From: Enteractinococcus helveticum
GTDB lineage: Bacteria > Actinomycetota > Actinomycetes > Actinomycetales > Micrococcaceae
Assembly (NCBI RefSeq): GCF_020742345.1
Contig: NZ_DYXC01000098.1
Span: 4,007 to 68,006 of the forward strand
Direction of reading: 5' to 3'
Length of the DNA stretch: 64,000 nucleotides
Positions 1-11,115 of the stretch are shown piece after piece; position 1 is the stretch's first letter; each line of letters begins with the position of its first letter. Below the pieces are notes generated by a model. It saw only the letters and a program-made list of their open reading frames with translations, was not told the origin of the DNA and did no database searches. The position numbers and the translations under genes were made by a program.

Positions 1-865
1 GCAGTCCCACCATCAACGCTGGCATCGAGGTTGCTAACAAACCGAAGAAGGTTGACGGATCCGGACCGGATTCCCCACCGATGTAATGGTCAAGAATCTC
101 TTGGTATTCACCGGATTCCTGCAGGTTGGCCAGGCCCTCGTTAAACATTGCTAACAGTTCTCGGTTCTGGTCCTTATTCACCAGAAAACCGTAGTCACCG
201 GTTGGCTCGGGTTCTGATACCAGCTCCAGCCCCGAGCCTTGTTGGATCCCGTAGGCAATAATTGGCAGGTCATCAACAAGTGCTGCATCGTGCCCAGACT
301 TGACCGATTCCACCATGGTGGTAGTTTGATCAAGCGCGTTGATCTCGAAGTCGTAGTCTTGTTGCATCTCGCGAGCCCACTCTTCGGAAAGTGACCCGGT
401 CTTGACCGCCACGGATTCGCCCTCAAGGTCTTCCCAACCAGAAATGCCGGAGTCTTCCAGGGTTGCGATGGTCAATTCACCAGTGAAATATGGTTCTGAG
501 AAGTCATAGACTTGTTGACGTTCTTCCGTGATCCCTGCACCGGCAATCACCCCGTCCACCTGATTGGCGGTCAATGCCTGCAGCGCCGCATTGAACCCCA
601 TGGACCGAAATTCGACACGGAAGCCTTGATCCTCGGCGATAGCCTTCATCAGGTCGATATCGATCCCCACCAGTTCGCCGGCAGGGTCGCGAAATTCAAA
701 TGGCGCAAATGTTGTGTCTGTACCAATGACATACAGCTGGCCTTCTGGATCGCCGCCTTCAGCATCGGGTGCAGTATCTGCTAGTGCAGATGGCACCATC
801 AAGAAGCTGAAGAGTGCCACGAGCCCGGCGAAGACCCATGACACAAAGGTCTTATTTTGCCTCAT
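1..865 (-). CDS. Polar amino acid (glutamine-type) ABC transporter, substrate-binding domain fused to permease; truncated by window start
   Basis: Not in the ORF track; translated by hand from ATG 865 (GGAG upstream): MRQNKTFVSWVFAGLVALFSFLMVPSALA...YVIGTDTTFAPFEFRDPAGELVGIDIDLMKAIAEDQGF...DGVIAGAGITEERQQVYDFSEPYF (SBP family 3), followed by hydrophobic STFFGLLATSMPALMVGL at the window edge. Confidence 0.85.
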   Translation of the reverse strand, partial: MRQNKTFVSWVFAGLVALFSFLMVPSALADTAPDAEGGDPEGQLYVIGTDTTFAPFEFRDPAGELVGIDIDLMKAIAEDQGFRVEFRSMGFNAALQALTANQVDGVIAGAGITEERQQVYDFSEPYFTGELTIATLEDSGISGWEDLEGESVAVKTGSLSEEWAREMQQDYDFEINALDQTTTMVESVKSGHDAALVDDLPIIAYGIQQGSGLELVSEPEPTGDYGFLVNKDQNRELLAMFNEGLANLQESGEYQEILDHYIGGESGPDPSTFFGLLATSMPALMVGL

Positions 866-1588
866 CTCATCACTCCAATTAGTTAGTCAGGCATAAAATC
901 ATAGCTAATCAGAGCACGATACAGTTGTACAATCTTCGTCTGCGCTAAGTTACTGAAGTACAAGACGAATCTTCGATATCAAGCTGTTATGGGTAATATA
1001 GGAGAATCTTCGTACTGTCATAGGAGAAGGGGCGCGACGAAATATGCGCATCGACAACGATTCTCAGCGCTGGTTGCAACACCACCATCAGACTCAGGCC
1101 GTTCCATGACAGATCCACATAACCACAGTGTGCCATATCGAGTGAATGCTGATGTCGGCAATCATTGGAGAAATATTTTTCAACGAGAACATCCTGACGA
1201 TTTGCCTATGCGAGCTGTCAATTCACTTCGGCCGCGGCAAGACCCAAGGATCCTCTCAGCTGCAATCGCCAAACGCATATATTCAGCCGGATGCCCCAAA
1301 CGTATTGCAGCCATTAAGTGGCATGCCGCATGAACGCCAGGGCGATCGCATGATAAATCTCGGGCTGGCAATGTATCAATGCAAGATGTCTAGAACATCG
1401 TGTTTTACCCTAGTAAGAACACTTTCTCGGCGCACACTCCGGAATCGCGCATTTTGTGGCCCGGGGTCTGTGCTCAGGGAGTATAGCGACGACTTAGGCG
1501 GTAGCTCCCCGCTTGTTCGATAAGATCTATAACTGAATCATCCCGATCCCGCACCGGGTGATTCGCCGGTCACACAGAATTGGTAACA

Positions 1589-2932
1589 ATGTCACAATTA
1601 TTTGGTACTGACGGTGTTCGAGGCATAGCCAACGAAAAAATTACCGTCGAACTCGCAATTGAACTTGCCCAAGCCGGGGCAGCTGTCCTCGGATTCGAGA
1701 ATTCCAACGGAGCACGCCCCAAAGCCGTGGTGGCAAGGGACCCGCGTATTTCTTCGGAATTTATCACCGCCGCCGTGTCAGCCGGTCTGGCATCATCGGG
1801 CGTTGACGTCTATGACGCCGGTGTCATGCCAACCCCAGCAGCCGCCTATCTGGTAGATGACATCAATGCTGATTTTGGTGTCATGATCTCCGCGTCACAC
1901 AACCCAGCTCCAGACAACGGCATCAAATTTCTAGCACGCGGTGGCGATAAACTCACCGATGCACAAGAAGCCCGTATTGAAGCGCAACTGAGCCAACCTC
2001 CCTTACGTCCCATTGGTGCCGAAGTCGGCCGTGTGCGCAGGTTTTCCGATGCGGAAGACCGTTATGTCATCCATCTACTGAAATCACTGCCGAACCGACT
2101 GGATGGGCTCAAAGTCGTCATCGACGCCGCCCACGGAGCAGGTTCTGCAGTGGCACCGCAGGTTTTTGCAGACGCTGGCGCCGAGGTCGCACTGATCGGG
2201 GCCGACCCAGATGGTCTGAATATTAACCAAAACTATGGCTCCACCCATATGGAAAACCTTCAGGCTGCCGTACTTGAACACGGTGCTGATCTTGGCATCG
2301 CATTGGACGGGGACGCTGACCGGTTCTTAGCTGTAGATCACAGCGGCACCGTCGTCGACGGCGATCAGATCATGGCGATCATGGCGTTGGCTCTGAAAGA
2401 ACAAGGCAAACTCAAAGATGACACCTTGGTTGTCACGGTTATGAGTAATCTCGGGTTGAAGCTGGCAATGCAAGCACACGGGGTCAATGTCGTGGAAACC
2501 AAGGTGGGAGATCGGTACGTGCTAGAGGCTATGCACCAGAAAGACTATTCTCTGGGTGGCGAGCAATCCGGCCATATCATCTTCTCTGAATGGGCCACGA
2601 CCGGCGACGGGATTTTGACCGGGCTACACCTTGCCGCGCGATTAAAAGAAACCAAGAAGACCCTGGCTGAGATGTCAGAAGTCATGACGCGACTGCCACA
2701 AGTGTTGATCAACGTCAAAGACGTCGATAAAGATGGGGTCGGCAAGAACGGTATCGTTGCCGAGGCGGTTGCCAAAGTCGAGACCCAACTTGGCGAAACG
2801 GGACGCGTACTGCTACGCCCATCGGGCACCGAGCCAGTGGTTCGCGTCATGGTCGAAGCAGCTGACAAAGACACCGCAGAATCCCAGGCCCAACTGCTGG
2901 CGAGTGTGGTGTCGGAAAACCTCTCACTGTGA
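1589..2932 (+). CDS. glmM: Phosphoglucosamine mutase
   Basis: [10 protein letters not shown]-terminus, SASHNP phosphoserine loop, DGDADR metal loop, GGEQSGH, RPSGTEP. Confidence 0.97.
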   Translation: MSQLFGTDGVRGIANEKITVELAIELAQAGAAVLGFENSNGARPKAVVARDPRISSEFITAAVSAGLASSGVDVYDAGVMPTPAAAYLVDDINADFGVMISASHNPAPDNGIKFLARGGDKLTDAQEARIEAQLSQPPLRPIGAEVGRVRRFSDAEDRYVIHLLKSLPNRLDGLKVVIDAAHGAGSAVAPQVFADAGAEVALIGADPDGLNINQNYGSTHMENLQAAVLEHGADLGIALDGDADRFLAVDHSGTVVDGDQIMAIMALALKEQGKLKDDTLVVTVMSNLGLKLAMQAHGVNVVETKVGDRYVLEAMHQKDYSLGGEQSGHIIFSEWATTGDGILTGLHLAARLKETKKTLAEMSEVMTRLPQVLINVKDVDKDGVGKNGIVAEAVAKVETQLGETGRVLLRPSGTEPVVRVMVEAADKDTAESQAQLLASVVSENLSL

Positions 2933-3216
2933 GTGCACCTAACGAGCACCCCGCCGAGGAAGAGTCACCGAAAGCCGAAGGATATTTCCGTCGCGACGTC
3001 GATGAGTTCCATCGGGAAGCCAACGTGCTTGCCGGGCATGACCCGCAGGATGTTTCAGCAGACCCACCAAAAAACCTGACAACTCGACGGCTCCTAGTCT
3101 TTGGCATTCTAGTAGTAGCTGGTGTGCTTGCCGCCGCATTAGCCATGGGTCTGATGGCTATTCCGGTCTGTGAAAATCCACCGTACAACTGGATGCCGTG
3201 CATCCCGAATTTCTAG
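2929..3216 (+). CDS. Small hypothetical membrane protein
   Basis: GTGA overlap with glmM stop; one TM segment; followed by terminator. Confidence 0.7.
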   Translation: MSAPNEHPAEEESPKAEGYFRRDVDEFHREANVLAGHDPQDVSADPPKNLTTRRLLVFGILVVAGVLAAALAMGLMAIPVCENPPYNWMPCIPNF

Positions 3217-3224
3217 GGGACGAT

Positions 3225-3270
3225 ACATCAGCCCTCCGATAAGGCACCGGAGGGCTGATGTGTCTTTTTT
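3225..3270. terminator. Intrinsic terminator between convergent genes
   Basis: 14-bp stem ACATCAGCCCTCCG/CGGAGGGCTGATGT followed by a T-run. Confidence 0.85.
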
Positions 3271-3283
3271 CGTGTGAGAAGTT

Positions 3284-3673
3284 TTAGACGCGTGGCCGAT
3301 TTGTCAAAGCATCGCGAATTTCACGCAGCAGCGCAATTTCTTCTGGAGTTTCTTCTTCGTCTTCTTCTTCGCGCTTACGCATTGCGATGAGCTTATTCAT
3401 CGGGGTCACGATGAAGAAATACACGGCAGCTGCAACCAGTAAGAAGTTCACCAGGGCGGTGAGCAGGACACCAAATGCGATTTCGTTGCCGTTGAGGGTG
3501 ATTTTGGCGAAATCGTCGAAATTCGGCGAACCGACGAGCGCGGAGATCAGCGGCATTAAGACTGAGTCTGTTAGAGCCGTCACGACCTGTGTAAAGGCGG
3601 CACCAATAATTACAGCAACGGCAAGGTCCATAACATTACCCTGCGCTAAGAAGTCTCTAAATCCCTTGAACAT
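3284..3673 (-). CDS. mscL: Large-conductance mechanosensitive channel
   Basis: FRDFLAQGNVMDLAVAVIIGAAF...LLREIRDAL; TATACT 7 nt upstream of ATG (leaderless). Confidence 0.97.
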   Translation of the reverse strand: MFKGFRDFLAQGNVMDLAVAVIIGAAFTQVVTALTDSVLMPLISALVGSPNFDDFAKITLNGNEIAFGVLLTALVNFLLVAAAVYFFIVTPMNKLIAMRKREEEDEEETPEEIALLREIRDALTNRPRV

Positions 3674-3732
3674 AACTCATAGTATAAGGTCAAACCCCAT
3701 CATTACAGTATGAGATATGCGTCACGATGGGT

Positions 3733-4782
3733 CTATTCTTGGTAATCTGGCGCTGGATCTAATTCAAATTCGCGTTCTGCAACGCCAGAATGCTCGACAA
3801 TATGCTGTGCATATTGTTCACCGAAGTAGCGTAAGTGCCATGGTTCGTAGGAAAAACCCGTGTATTCGTCCTCGTCTTCAGGGTAGCGAATAACAAACCC
3901 AAACTCGTGAGCCCGCTCAACCAGCCACTGTCCGGCTGGGGTATCACCAAAGCTTTGTTTTAGGGTGTGCTGACCTCCTGGTGTATCAACATCAAGTGCC
4001 AATCCCGTTTGGTGCTCGGAAAATCCTGGTCGAGCCGACATTTCATCGGTATTCGTCGTGCCGTATCGGCGAACGTAGTTGTCATACAGTTGGGTCTGGT
4101 AATCATACGATCGATACGCTGAGATGACCGTCAGGTTGATGCCGTCCTGATGGGCAGCTTCAAACATCGCTTGTGTTGCTTCGGCGGCTTCTTTTCGCAG
4201 CATGGGAGCACTTGTCCCGAACTGGCTGGGTAACTCCACCAGATCTGTCGGTTCGTAGTCAGCCGGCAGGGGGCGTAGTTTATTGACGATAACCGTTATC
4301 GAATCCGGGGACTCCAGATCCTCGGGGATGTGCGATGCATCCTGCGTCTCCTGGTCTGTTGAGTCAGGCGTCGTTGACTCGGGCAGGGCTACTTCAATTT
4401 TGGGTAGAGCAGGTGTGCTCATGGTCGGCGACGGCGTGCTGTTCGTGTTTGCGCGTTCCTCCTGGGCCGTCACCGGGGTGAGTGTGACCTCATCGACCTG
4501 CCGGGGGACAGGCTCTGATGACTGTGGTGATGACGGTAACGACTCCGAAGACGTTGAAGACTTGGTGGCACTTGACTGTTTTCGACCAGGGGCAACTGTC
4601 AGCTTCATATCGCTGTCATCGCTTGAAGTCACTGGATACGTTTCTGGTTTCAGCGGCGAAAATTCTTGCACCTGGCGTCCCATGGTCTCAGCAACAACGG
4701 GCGGGGAGACATAAATACTTGCTCCAAGACACGCCAACGTGACCGCAGCAGCGGTCACAGTCACCGTTGTGTTTCGTGGCAT
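3733..4782 (-). CDS. M15B (VanY-like) D-alanyl-D-alanine carboxypeptidase with N-terminal anchor and Ser/Thr/Pro-rich linker
   Basis: SAYRSY, SARPGFSEHQTGLALD, YEPWH motifs. Confidence 0.9.
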   Translation of the reverse strand: MPRNTTVTVTAAAVTLACLGASIYVSPPVVAETMGRQVQEFSPLKPETYPVTSSDDSDMKLTVAPGRKQSSATKSSTSSESLPSSPQSSEPVPRQVDEVTLTPVTAQEERANTNSTPSPTMSTPALPKIEVALPESTTPDSTDQETQDASHIPEDLESPDSITVIVNKLRPLPADYEPTDLVELPSQFGTSAPMLRKEAAEATQAMFEAAHQDGINLTVISAYRSYDYQTQLYDNYVRRYGTTNTDEMSARPGFSEHQTGLALDVDTPGGQHTLKQSFGDTPAGQWLVERAHEFGFVIRYPEDEDEYTGFSYEPWHLRYFGEQYAQHIVEHSGVAEREFELDPAPDYQE

Positions 4783-4784
4783 GC

Positions 4785-5861
4785 TCAGATTTTCCTCATC
4801 AGGACGCGTCTGACGTAGTGGTCTGCGTTCTTGGTCAATACTAGTTTAGCTCTGCCCCGAGTAGGCAAGACGTTTTGGATCAGATTCGGTCCGTTGATCC
4901 GATCCCAAATACCGGTGGCAGTTTTAATGGCTTCCGTATCGGTCAGGGCCGCATAGCGGTGAAAGTAGGAATCTGGGTTGGCAAAGGCCCCCGAACGCAG
5001 TTTCATAAAGCGCTTGACATACCAGTTGCGAACTGCTTCGTGCGGGGCATCAACATAGATGGAATAGTCGAAAAAGTCAGACACCGATAGACCAGAGGTG
5101 CCATCGGAACGTGGCCGCGGCGGGGCCAACACGTTGAGCCCTTCGACAATCAACACATCTGGACGCCGCACCACAATTTGTTGATTGGGCACAATGTCAT
5201 AGGTCAGATGCGAATACATCGGGGCCCGCACTTCCGGGACCCCAGCTTTGACATCTGAGACAAAACGCAGCAAACGGCGGCGGTCGAATGACTCGGGAAA
5301 GCCTTTGCGCTCCATCAGACCCCGCCGTCGCAGCTCAGCATTGGGATAGAGGAAACCATCGGTGGTCACCAACTCCACCCGTGGGGTGTTGGGCCAGCGA
5401 CGCAACATTTCCTGCAACACGCGGGCAATCGTCGACTTGCCGACTGCCACCGAACCTGCAACACCAATGACAAATGGGGTGCGGCGCGTGGTCTCACCCA
5501 GAAATTTATTGGAAGCTTCCCGGAGTTTGGCAGAGGCTTCGACGTAGATGCTCAGCAGGCGGGATAGCGGCAGATAGACCTCAGCCACTTCGGTTAGGGA
5601 CAGTTGATCTCCCAGCCCCCGCAGCCTCTCGACGTCAGACTGGTCGAAAGGTTGTTCTAGCTCGTGGGCTAGTCTTGACCATGTAGCACGGTCAAGTTCA
5701 ATAAATGGCGAGTACGACTGCTGTGGCTCGACCGGGGGTGAGCCCACGAAATTGATGGGCTCAGTTACCGGACTCACCGGAGTGTTTGGTGAATCGGGGG
5801 CTCCTGCAGCAGAGCTGGTCGCATCACGAATGTGGAAATTCACCTCCTCATTATGGCTCAT
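4785..5861 (-). CDS. coaA: Type I pantothenate kinase (start uncertain: ATG 5861 or GTG 5843)
   Basis: [49 protein letters not shown]. Confidence 0.95.
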   Translation of the reverse strand: MSHNEEVNFHIRDATSSAAGAPDSPNTPVSPVTEPINFVGSPPVEPQQSYSPFIELDRATWSRLAHELEQPFDQSDVERLRGLGDQLSLTEVAEVYLPLSRLLSIYVEASAKLREASNKFLGETTRRTPFVIGVAGSVAVGKSTIARVLQEMLRRWPNTPRVELVTTDGFLYPNAELRRRGLMERKGFPESFDRRRLLRFVSDVKAGVPEVRAPMYSHLTYDIVPNQQIVVRRPDVLIVEGLNVLAPPRPRSDGTSGLSVSDFFDYSIYVDAPHEAVRNWYVKRFMKLRSGAFANPDSYFHRYAALTDTEAIKTATGIWDRINGPNLIQNVLPTRGRAKLVLTKNADHYVRRVLMRKI

Positions 5862-5942
5862 CAAACCGGACAGAAGACAATTATTCATACCCAGCTTAGC
5901 TACCGGCAAGGGTAATTAACAGAGTTTAGAATCAGGAGATCG

Positions 5943-6935
5943 GTGAAACAGCCACAAGAGCAGCCGACCATACCCACGGGCAACAGCGGATATATCCAAG
6001 CGTTCTTGGCATATTTGCTGTGGGGCGTTCTGCCGATCGTGTTCGCCTATTACATGACAAGCCATCCGGTTGACCTACTGGCATGGCGCATTATTTTTGC
6101 GCTCGGCGTCACACTGGCTGCTATCTCGTGTATGCGTGGGGCATGGAAACGGTTGGGTACCGCGATGAAGACCCGACGTGACCATTTATTGCTCATCTTG
6201 GCCGGACACCTCATCTTGATTAACTGGGCCATATATATTTATGCGGTGGCAACCAACCGCGTGCTGGAAGCCTCGTTAGGCTATTTTATCAACCCCGTGG
6301 TGACTATCGTGCTGGGGGTTGTGCTTCTCAAAGAACGGTTGCGAGGCTTGCAGTGGACAGCGGTGATCGTGTCATGTATCGCCGTGATCGTGTTGACCGT
6401 AGAACATGGCCACTTGCCGTGGATTTCCCTGACACTGGCCTGCTCATTTGCGCTTTATAGCCTGGTCAAAAATAAAACCGGCCCGTCGGTAGACTCGCTG
6501 ACCGGACTGACCGTCGAAACCCTATGGTTAGCAGTGCCATCAACGGTGTGGTTGGTCTTGGCTTCAATGGGACTACTGGGTACCGCCGCAGGTATAGGCG
6601 TCTTTGAAACATTCGATACCGTACAAAGTGTCACTCTGCCGGTGGTGGGGTTCGTCACCGTTATCCCGTTGGTGTTATTTGCCGCAGCTGCCGCACGATT
6701 GCCGCTATCAACGGTGGGCATGTTCCAATACATTGCACCTATTGCGCAATTCCTCTTTGGGTATTTCGTATTCCATGAGGCCATGTCAACGGGCCGTTGG
6801 ATCGGGTTTATTTTGGTCTGGGTGGCGGTGATTATTCTTATTGCAGATGTTCTACGACAGATACGACAGAACCCGAAGTTACGAATCACAACATCGCAAA
6901 CTGCCCGAGAAGAACCGGTAGACTACACATCATGA
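5943..6935 (+). CDS. rarD: EamA-family transporter RarD
   Basis: [25 protein letters not shown]; about 10 TM segments; AGGAG RBS. Confidence 0.9.
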   Translation: MKQPQEQPTIPTGNSGYIQAFLAYLLWGVLPIVFAYYMTSHPVDLLAWRIIFALGVTLAAISCMRGAWKRLGTAMKTRRDHLLLILAGHLILINWAIYIYAVATNRVLEASLGYFINPVVTIVLGVVLLKERLRGLQWTAVIVSCIAVIVLTVEHGHLPWISLTLACSFALYSLVKNKTGPSVDSLTGLTVETLWLAVPSTVWLVLASMGLLGTAAGIGVFETFDTVQSVTLPVVGFVTVIPLVLFAAAAARLPLSTVGMFQYIAPIAQFLFGYFVFHEAMSTGRWIGFILVWVAVIILIADVLRQIRQNPKLRITTSQTAREEPVDYTS

Positions 6936-7282
6936 TCATTGGCATAGGTGTGGACATGGTTGACATTGCGCGCTTTGAGCGACAGCTGGAACGGACTCCG
7001 AAACTTCGTGAGCGTCTATTTACTCCGGCTGAACGCGAATTAAGCCTGCAGTCGCTGGCGGCCCGATTCGCCGCCAAAGAGGCCGTTGCCAAAGCCCTTT
7101 CCGCTCCAGCCGGCATGAACTGGCAGCACTGCCAAATCGGTCGCGAAGCATCCGGTGTGCCCTACGTGGTGGTCACTGGAACCGTTGCCGACATCGCCGA
7201 AGCCAAAGGTGTCCGACGCTGGCATCTGTCCTTATCCCACGACGGCGGCTGGGCCACCGCCATGGTTGTGGCCGAGGGCTAA
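6932..7282 (+). CDS. acpS: Holo-ACP synthase
   Basis: [37 protein letters not shown] overlap with rarD. Confidence 0.95.
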   Translation: MIIGIGVDMVDIARFERQLERTPKLRERLFTPAERELSLQSLAARFAAKEAVAKALSAPAGMNWQHCQIGREASGVPYVVVTGTVADIAEAKGVRRWHLSLSHDGGWATAMVVAEG

Positions 7283-8778
7283 TGCGTCGCTGCTATACCG
7301 GAACCCAGATTCGCGCGGCCGAGACGCCGCGACTGGAAGCTGGTGACGGTCCGGTCCTGATGCGTCGCGCCGCATGGGGACTCGCACACCACACCCTTCA
7401 ACTATTGGCAACCCGCGGCCGAACCTACGGCAGCCGAGTCATCGGACTGATCGGGAAAGGCAATAACGGCGGCGATACACTGTGGGCACTCAGTTTTCTC
7501 GCCAAACGCGGCATTGCCATTGCGGCCATCCCCATCAATACGACCACAACCGATCTGCATCCGGAGGGCCTGGTCGCATTTCGCCGTGCAGGTGGTCGCA
7601 TCGTCGATGAGATTGCTCCCGATACTGCCGCCATCCTAGACGGGGTGTTCGGTACCGGATTTTCTGGCAGCTTTGATCTGCCCGGCTACCTAGCGACGAA
7701 TGATCTTAGCCTTCCGACAACGGCCGCCGTCATTGCCTGTGACATTCCATCGGGCATCTTGGCCGATACCGGCCAGATACCCGGGGCAGCGTTGGCAGCT
7801 GATTTGACTGTGACCTTTGCCGCACCCAAGGTGGGACTGTTGGCTGAAGCCGGAAGTCAACACAGCGGTATGATCCGCGTCGTCGACATCGGCATTAACG
7901 ACCACCTGACAGCCATTGAGCACCCATGGTGGATTGCAGAAATCCCTGACGTAGCTCAAAGCTATGGGACACCTGCCTGGGATGTGCATAAATATTCGCG
8001 CGGTGTGCTCGGTGTAGTGGCCGGATCAGCAGAATATCCTGGCGCGGCCGTACTGGTGGTCAATGCTGCAGCCGCGACCGGGGTCGGGTACATTAGCCTG
8101 GTTGCTGAACCGCCACGTGGCAAAACGGTTGCAGATAAAGTTATCAGCGCCAACCCGCAGGCTGTTGTTGCAGACCACCTTACGGATAAAGCGACCTGCG
8201 TTGTGGTTGGGCCTGGGCTTGGGCAAACCAGACGAGCCAAAGAGGCCACCGGTGCAGCACTCCAAGCAGCACTACGACTACAAATTCCAGTCTTAGTCGA
8301 CGCCTCAGCACTCGACGTCTTGCAAGCCGAGGTATTCGAGCGGGGATTTGCGGCCCTGGTGTTGACGCCCCACGTAGGGGAGATGCGACGTCTCACACAA
8401 CGACTAGCCCCGGATCTTGCTGAGCATTCGGTTGTCGACCAGGCTGAAGAATTCGCGCGACGCTTTGGAGCGTGGATCGTGTTGAAATCAGCCACCACTT
8501 ATGTGTTTGGTCCCCACGGCGTCCGCGGTCTGCACCCGGGGCGCACCGCAGAACTGGCGACCGCAGGAACCGGCGACACGTTGGCAGGAATACTGGGGGC
8601 CGGGCTGTCGCGACTGCGACCCGAAGACCACGACTTTAGCCAACAGCTCTTTAACACGCTCAGTGCCGGCGTGCGATTACACTCAATGGCCGGTGAACTG
8701 GCAGCCCGCGACGGCGGCGTCGTCGTGAGCACGCTGGAAGATTACATTCGTCAAGCAAAACGTCAAGGTCTGGAATAA
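7282..8778 (+). CDS. nnr: Bifunctional NAD(P)H-hydrate epimerase/dehydratase
   Basis: GKGNNGGD, DGVFGTG, DIPSG (YjeF N-terminal); HKYSRG, GPGLG, TPHVGE, ATAGTGD (dehydratase). Confidence 0.92.
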   Translation: MRRCYTGTQIRAAETPRLEAGDGPVLMRRAAWGLAHHTLQLLATRGRTYGSRVIGLIGKGNNGGDTLWALSFLAKRGIAIAAIPINTTTTDLHPEGLVAFRRAGGRIVDEIAPDTAAILDGVFGTGFSGSFDLPGYLATNDLSLPTTAAVIACDIPSGILADTGQIPGAALAADLTVTFAAPKVGLLAEAGSQHSGMIRVVDIGINDHLTAIEHPWWIAEIPDVAQSYGTPAWDVHKYSRGVLGVVAGSAEYPGAAVLVVNAAAATGVGYISLVAEPPRGKTVADKVISANPQAVVADHLTDKATCVVVGPGLGQTRRAKEATGAALQAALRLQIPVLVDASALDVLQAEVFERGFAALVLTPHVGEMRRLTQRLAPDLAEHSVVDQAEEFARRFGAWIVLKSATTYVFGPHGVRGLHPGRTAELATAGTGDTLAGILGAGLSRLRPEDHDFSQQLFNTLSAGVRLHSMAGELAARDGGVVVSTLEDYIRQAKRQGLE

Positions 8779-8789
8779 TAAACGTCACT

Positions 8790-9941
8790 ATGGCTACATG
8801 TTGGAGTTCAGAACCGGAACGCTGGGTGACCATCGATCACTCGGCGTTGGCGCATAATATTCACACCATCGCCCAGTGGGTCAAACCTGCCCAGGTGATG
8901 GCCGTGGTCAAAGCCGATGGCTACGGCCACGGCGCGGTAGAAGTCGCCCAAACTGCAATAGCCGCCGGAGCCACCTGGCTGGGCACCGCCCATATTACCG
9001 AAGCCCTGAGGTTGCGCGAAGCCGGTATTACCGCGCCCCTGCTGGCCTGGTTGCACACGATTAACACACCATTTCAAGCGGCCATCGAACACAACATTGA
9101 CATTGGGGTCTCTGGCCCAGAACTTGAAGCCGTGGCGGAGGCCGCGGGCAATGCCGATCTGCCTGCTCGCGTTCACCTGAAAATTGACACCGGCCTATCC
9201 CGCAACGGGGCGGTACCAGAAATCTGGGATGACCTGTGCAAGCGTGCCTCCGAACTTCAACAAGCCGGAACCCTGCGGGTTGTGGGCGTCTTCACCCACT
9301 TTGCCAACGCCGATGACCCAGAAGGCGACGCCGACGTCGATGCTCAACTGAGCCTCTACCATGAGTCAGTAGAAATCGCTCGCAAGCACGGTCTGACCGT
9401 TGATGTGCGACACGTGGCCAACTCACCGGCCTTGCTATCACGCCCCGATACCCACCTGGACATGGTCCGGGCCGGGGTGGCCATCTACGGGCTGAGCCCA
9501 TTTCCCGACCGTACTGCCCAGGACCTCGGGCTGCGCCCGGTCATGAGCTTTGGGACCACCGTAGCCAATAATAAACCCGCCGATGTGGGCACCGGGGTGT
9601 CCTATGGTTATGCTTACCGTTGCGAACTGCCCACCCGACTGGCCCTGATACCCGCCGGATATGCCGACGGAGTGCCGCGTACCGCCGTGGGAGCACCGGT
9701 ATGGATTCAGGGCAAGTTCTACCGCGTTGCCGGTACGATCGCCATGGACCAATTTGTCGTCGATCTACAAACCGAGCGCAATGATGTAACCACCGCACCC
9801 GTTGGTGCTGAAGTCGAATTATTCGGCGAAAAATCTGGGATCTCTTCGGACGCCTGGGCTCTTGCCGCCGGCACCATCAACTACGAGCTGGTCACTCGCA
9901 TCGGGTGCAGGGTGCCCCGGGTGCATAAACAGTGGGTGTAA
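8790..9941 (+). CDS. alr: Alanine racemase
   Basis: AVVKADGYGHG PLP-lysine, HLKIDTG, GYADG, GTINYE. Confidence 0.96.
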   Translation: MATCWSSEPERWVTIDHSALAHNIHTIAQWVKPAQVMAVVKADGYGHGAVEVAQTAIAAGATWLGTAHITEALRLREAGITAPLLAWLHTINTPFQAAIEHNIDIGVSGPELEAVAEAAGNADLPARVHLKIDTGLSRNGAVPEIWDDLCKRASELQQAGTLRVVGVFTHFANADDPEGDADVDAQLSLYHESVEIARKHGLTVDVRHVANSPALLSRPDTHLDMVRAGVAIYGLSPFPDRTAQDLGLRPVMSFGTTVANNKPADVGTGVSYGYAYRCELPTRLALIPAGYADGVPRTAVGAPVWIQGKFYRVAGTIAMDQFVVDLQTERNDVTTAPVGAEVELFGEKSGISSDAWALAAGTINYELVTRIGCRVPRVHKQWV

Positions 9942-10444
9942 TGATGCACCAGGAAATAGAACTTGCCGACCTTGCAGCCACCCAACGCCTAGCCGTTGCC
10001 GTTGGCCAACAGGTACGCGCCGGTGACGTCATTATTTTGACCGGCGAACTCGGCGCCGGTAAAACCACTTTCACTCAGTCACTGGCCAGGGCACTGGGCA
10101 TCACCGCGCCTATTACGTCGCCAACCTTTGTCCTGGCCCGTCACCATCATCATCCCGACGACGGCCTGAACCTCGTTCACGTCGATGCCTACCGCATCAC
10201 CGGCGCCGACGAACTCGCCAGCCTCGATTTAGAATCTTGGCTAGCAGACTCCGTGGTCGTCGTGGAATGGGGCCGCGGCACTGCCGAAGCCCTGACCGAT
10301 GCCTACCTGGACATTGAACTCCTTCGCCCCGATGCGCCCTACGACGAACTCATCACGGATTTTTCAGACGACGACATCCAAGAGCCCCGCACGGCGATTA
10401 TCACCGGGCACGGGCAACGTTGGGAAGGAATCCAGCTGATATGA
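9941..10444 (+). CDS. tsaE: t6A biosynthesis ATPase TsaE
   Basis: GELGAGKTT, SPTF, HVDAYR, VEW. Confidence 0.95.
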   Translation: MMHQEIELADLAATQRLAVAVGQQVRAGDVIILTGELGAGKTTFTQSLARALGITAPITSPTFVLARHHHHPDDGLNLVHVDAYRITGADELASLDLESWLADSVVVVEWGRGTAEALTDAYLDIELLRPDAPYDELITDFSDDDIQEPRTAIITGHGQRWEGIQLI

Positions 10445-11115
10445 GCCAAATATTCTTAGCGCTCGATACCTCCGCCACCGCCTCGGCGGCCATCCTGCGC
10501 GACGAGCAGATCGTGGCACACCGGGCCACCGATTCCCAACGGAACCACTCAGAAGTCTTAGCCGGCTTTATCACCCGGGTGCTCACCGACGCCGGACTCG
10601 ACCCGACGGCACCACAGGGCCTGGACGGCTTATTCGTTGGTGTCGGCCCCGGCCCCTTTACCGGACTACGCGCAGGGATTGTCACCGCCCAAACCCTGGC
10701 CCACACCTGGGATATCCCGGCCCACGGCGTCCTCAGCCTGGATGGGCTGGCCCACCGAGTGGCGCCAGAAGCCTTGCGCAGCGGGGTCGATGAATTCATC
10801 GTCGCCACCGATGCCCGCCGCAAAGAGGTCTATTGGGCCCACTATGACAACATCGGCGGCCAGCCCCAACGCCTCCACGGGCCCTTTGTTACCGCTCCAT
10901 CCGAAGTCACCGAACTGCCCGTCTACGGCGCCGGCGCAGGCCTATATCCACAACACCTCTACGGTATGACCAACTTCACCGACGCCGTACCGGATGCCGC
11001 AGATATCGCAGCCTATGGCGCTCTGGTACTCCGTCGCGGCCAGGCACTGCTGCCAGTGGAACCGCAGTACTTGCGCGGCCACGATGCCCAAATCCCAAAA
11101 CAATTACGTAAATGA
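10441..11115 (+). CDS. tsaB: t6A biosynthesis protein TsaB
   Basis: LALDTS, HSEVL, VGVGPGPFTGLR, DARRKEVY. Confidence 0.95.
   Translation: MSQIFLALDTSATASAAILRDEQIVAHRATDSQRNHSEVLAGFITRVLTDAGLDPTAPQGLDGLFVGVGPGPFTGLRAGIVTAQTLAHTWDIPAHGVLSLDGLAHRVAPEALRSGVDEFIVATDARRKEVYWAHYDNIGGQPQRLHGPFVTAPSEVTELPVYGAGAGLYPQHLYGMTNFTDAVPDAADIAAYGALVLRRGQALLPVEPQYLRGHDAQIPKQLRK

Noticed and set aside
931..1048. CRISPR-like mini-array
   Set aside because: The repeat is only 8 bp with a 37-bp period, and there are no cas genes in the window.
989..1523. Overlapping ORFs of 114 and 125 aa in the intergenic region before glmM
   Set aside because: No recognisable motifs, unusual composition and mutual overlap; probably spurious.
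3733..4782. Vancomycin resistance gene (vanY)
   Set aside because: No vanHAX or vanRS nearby; housekeeping context next to coaA.
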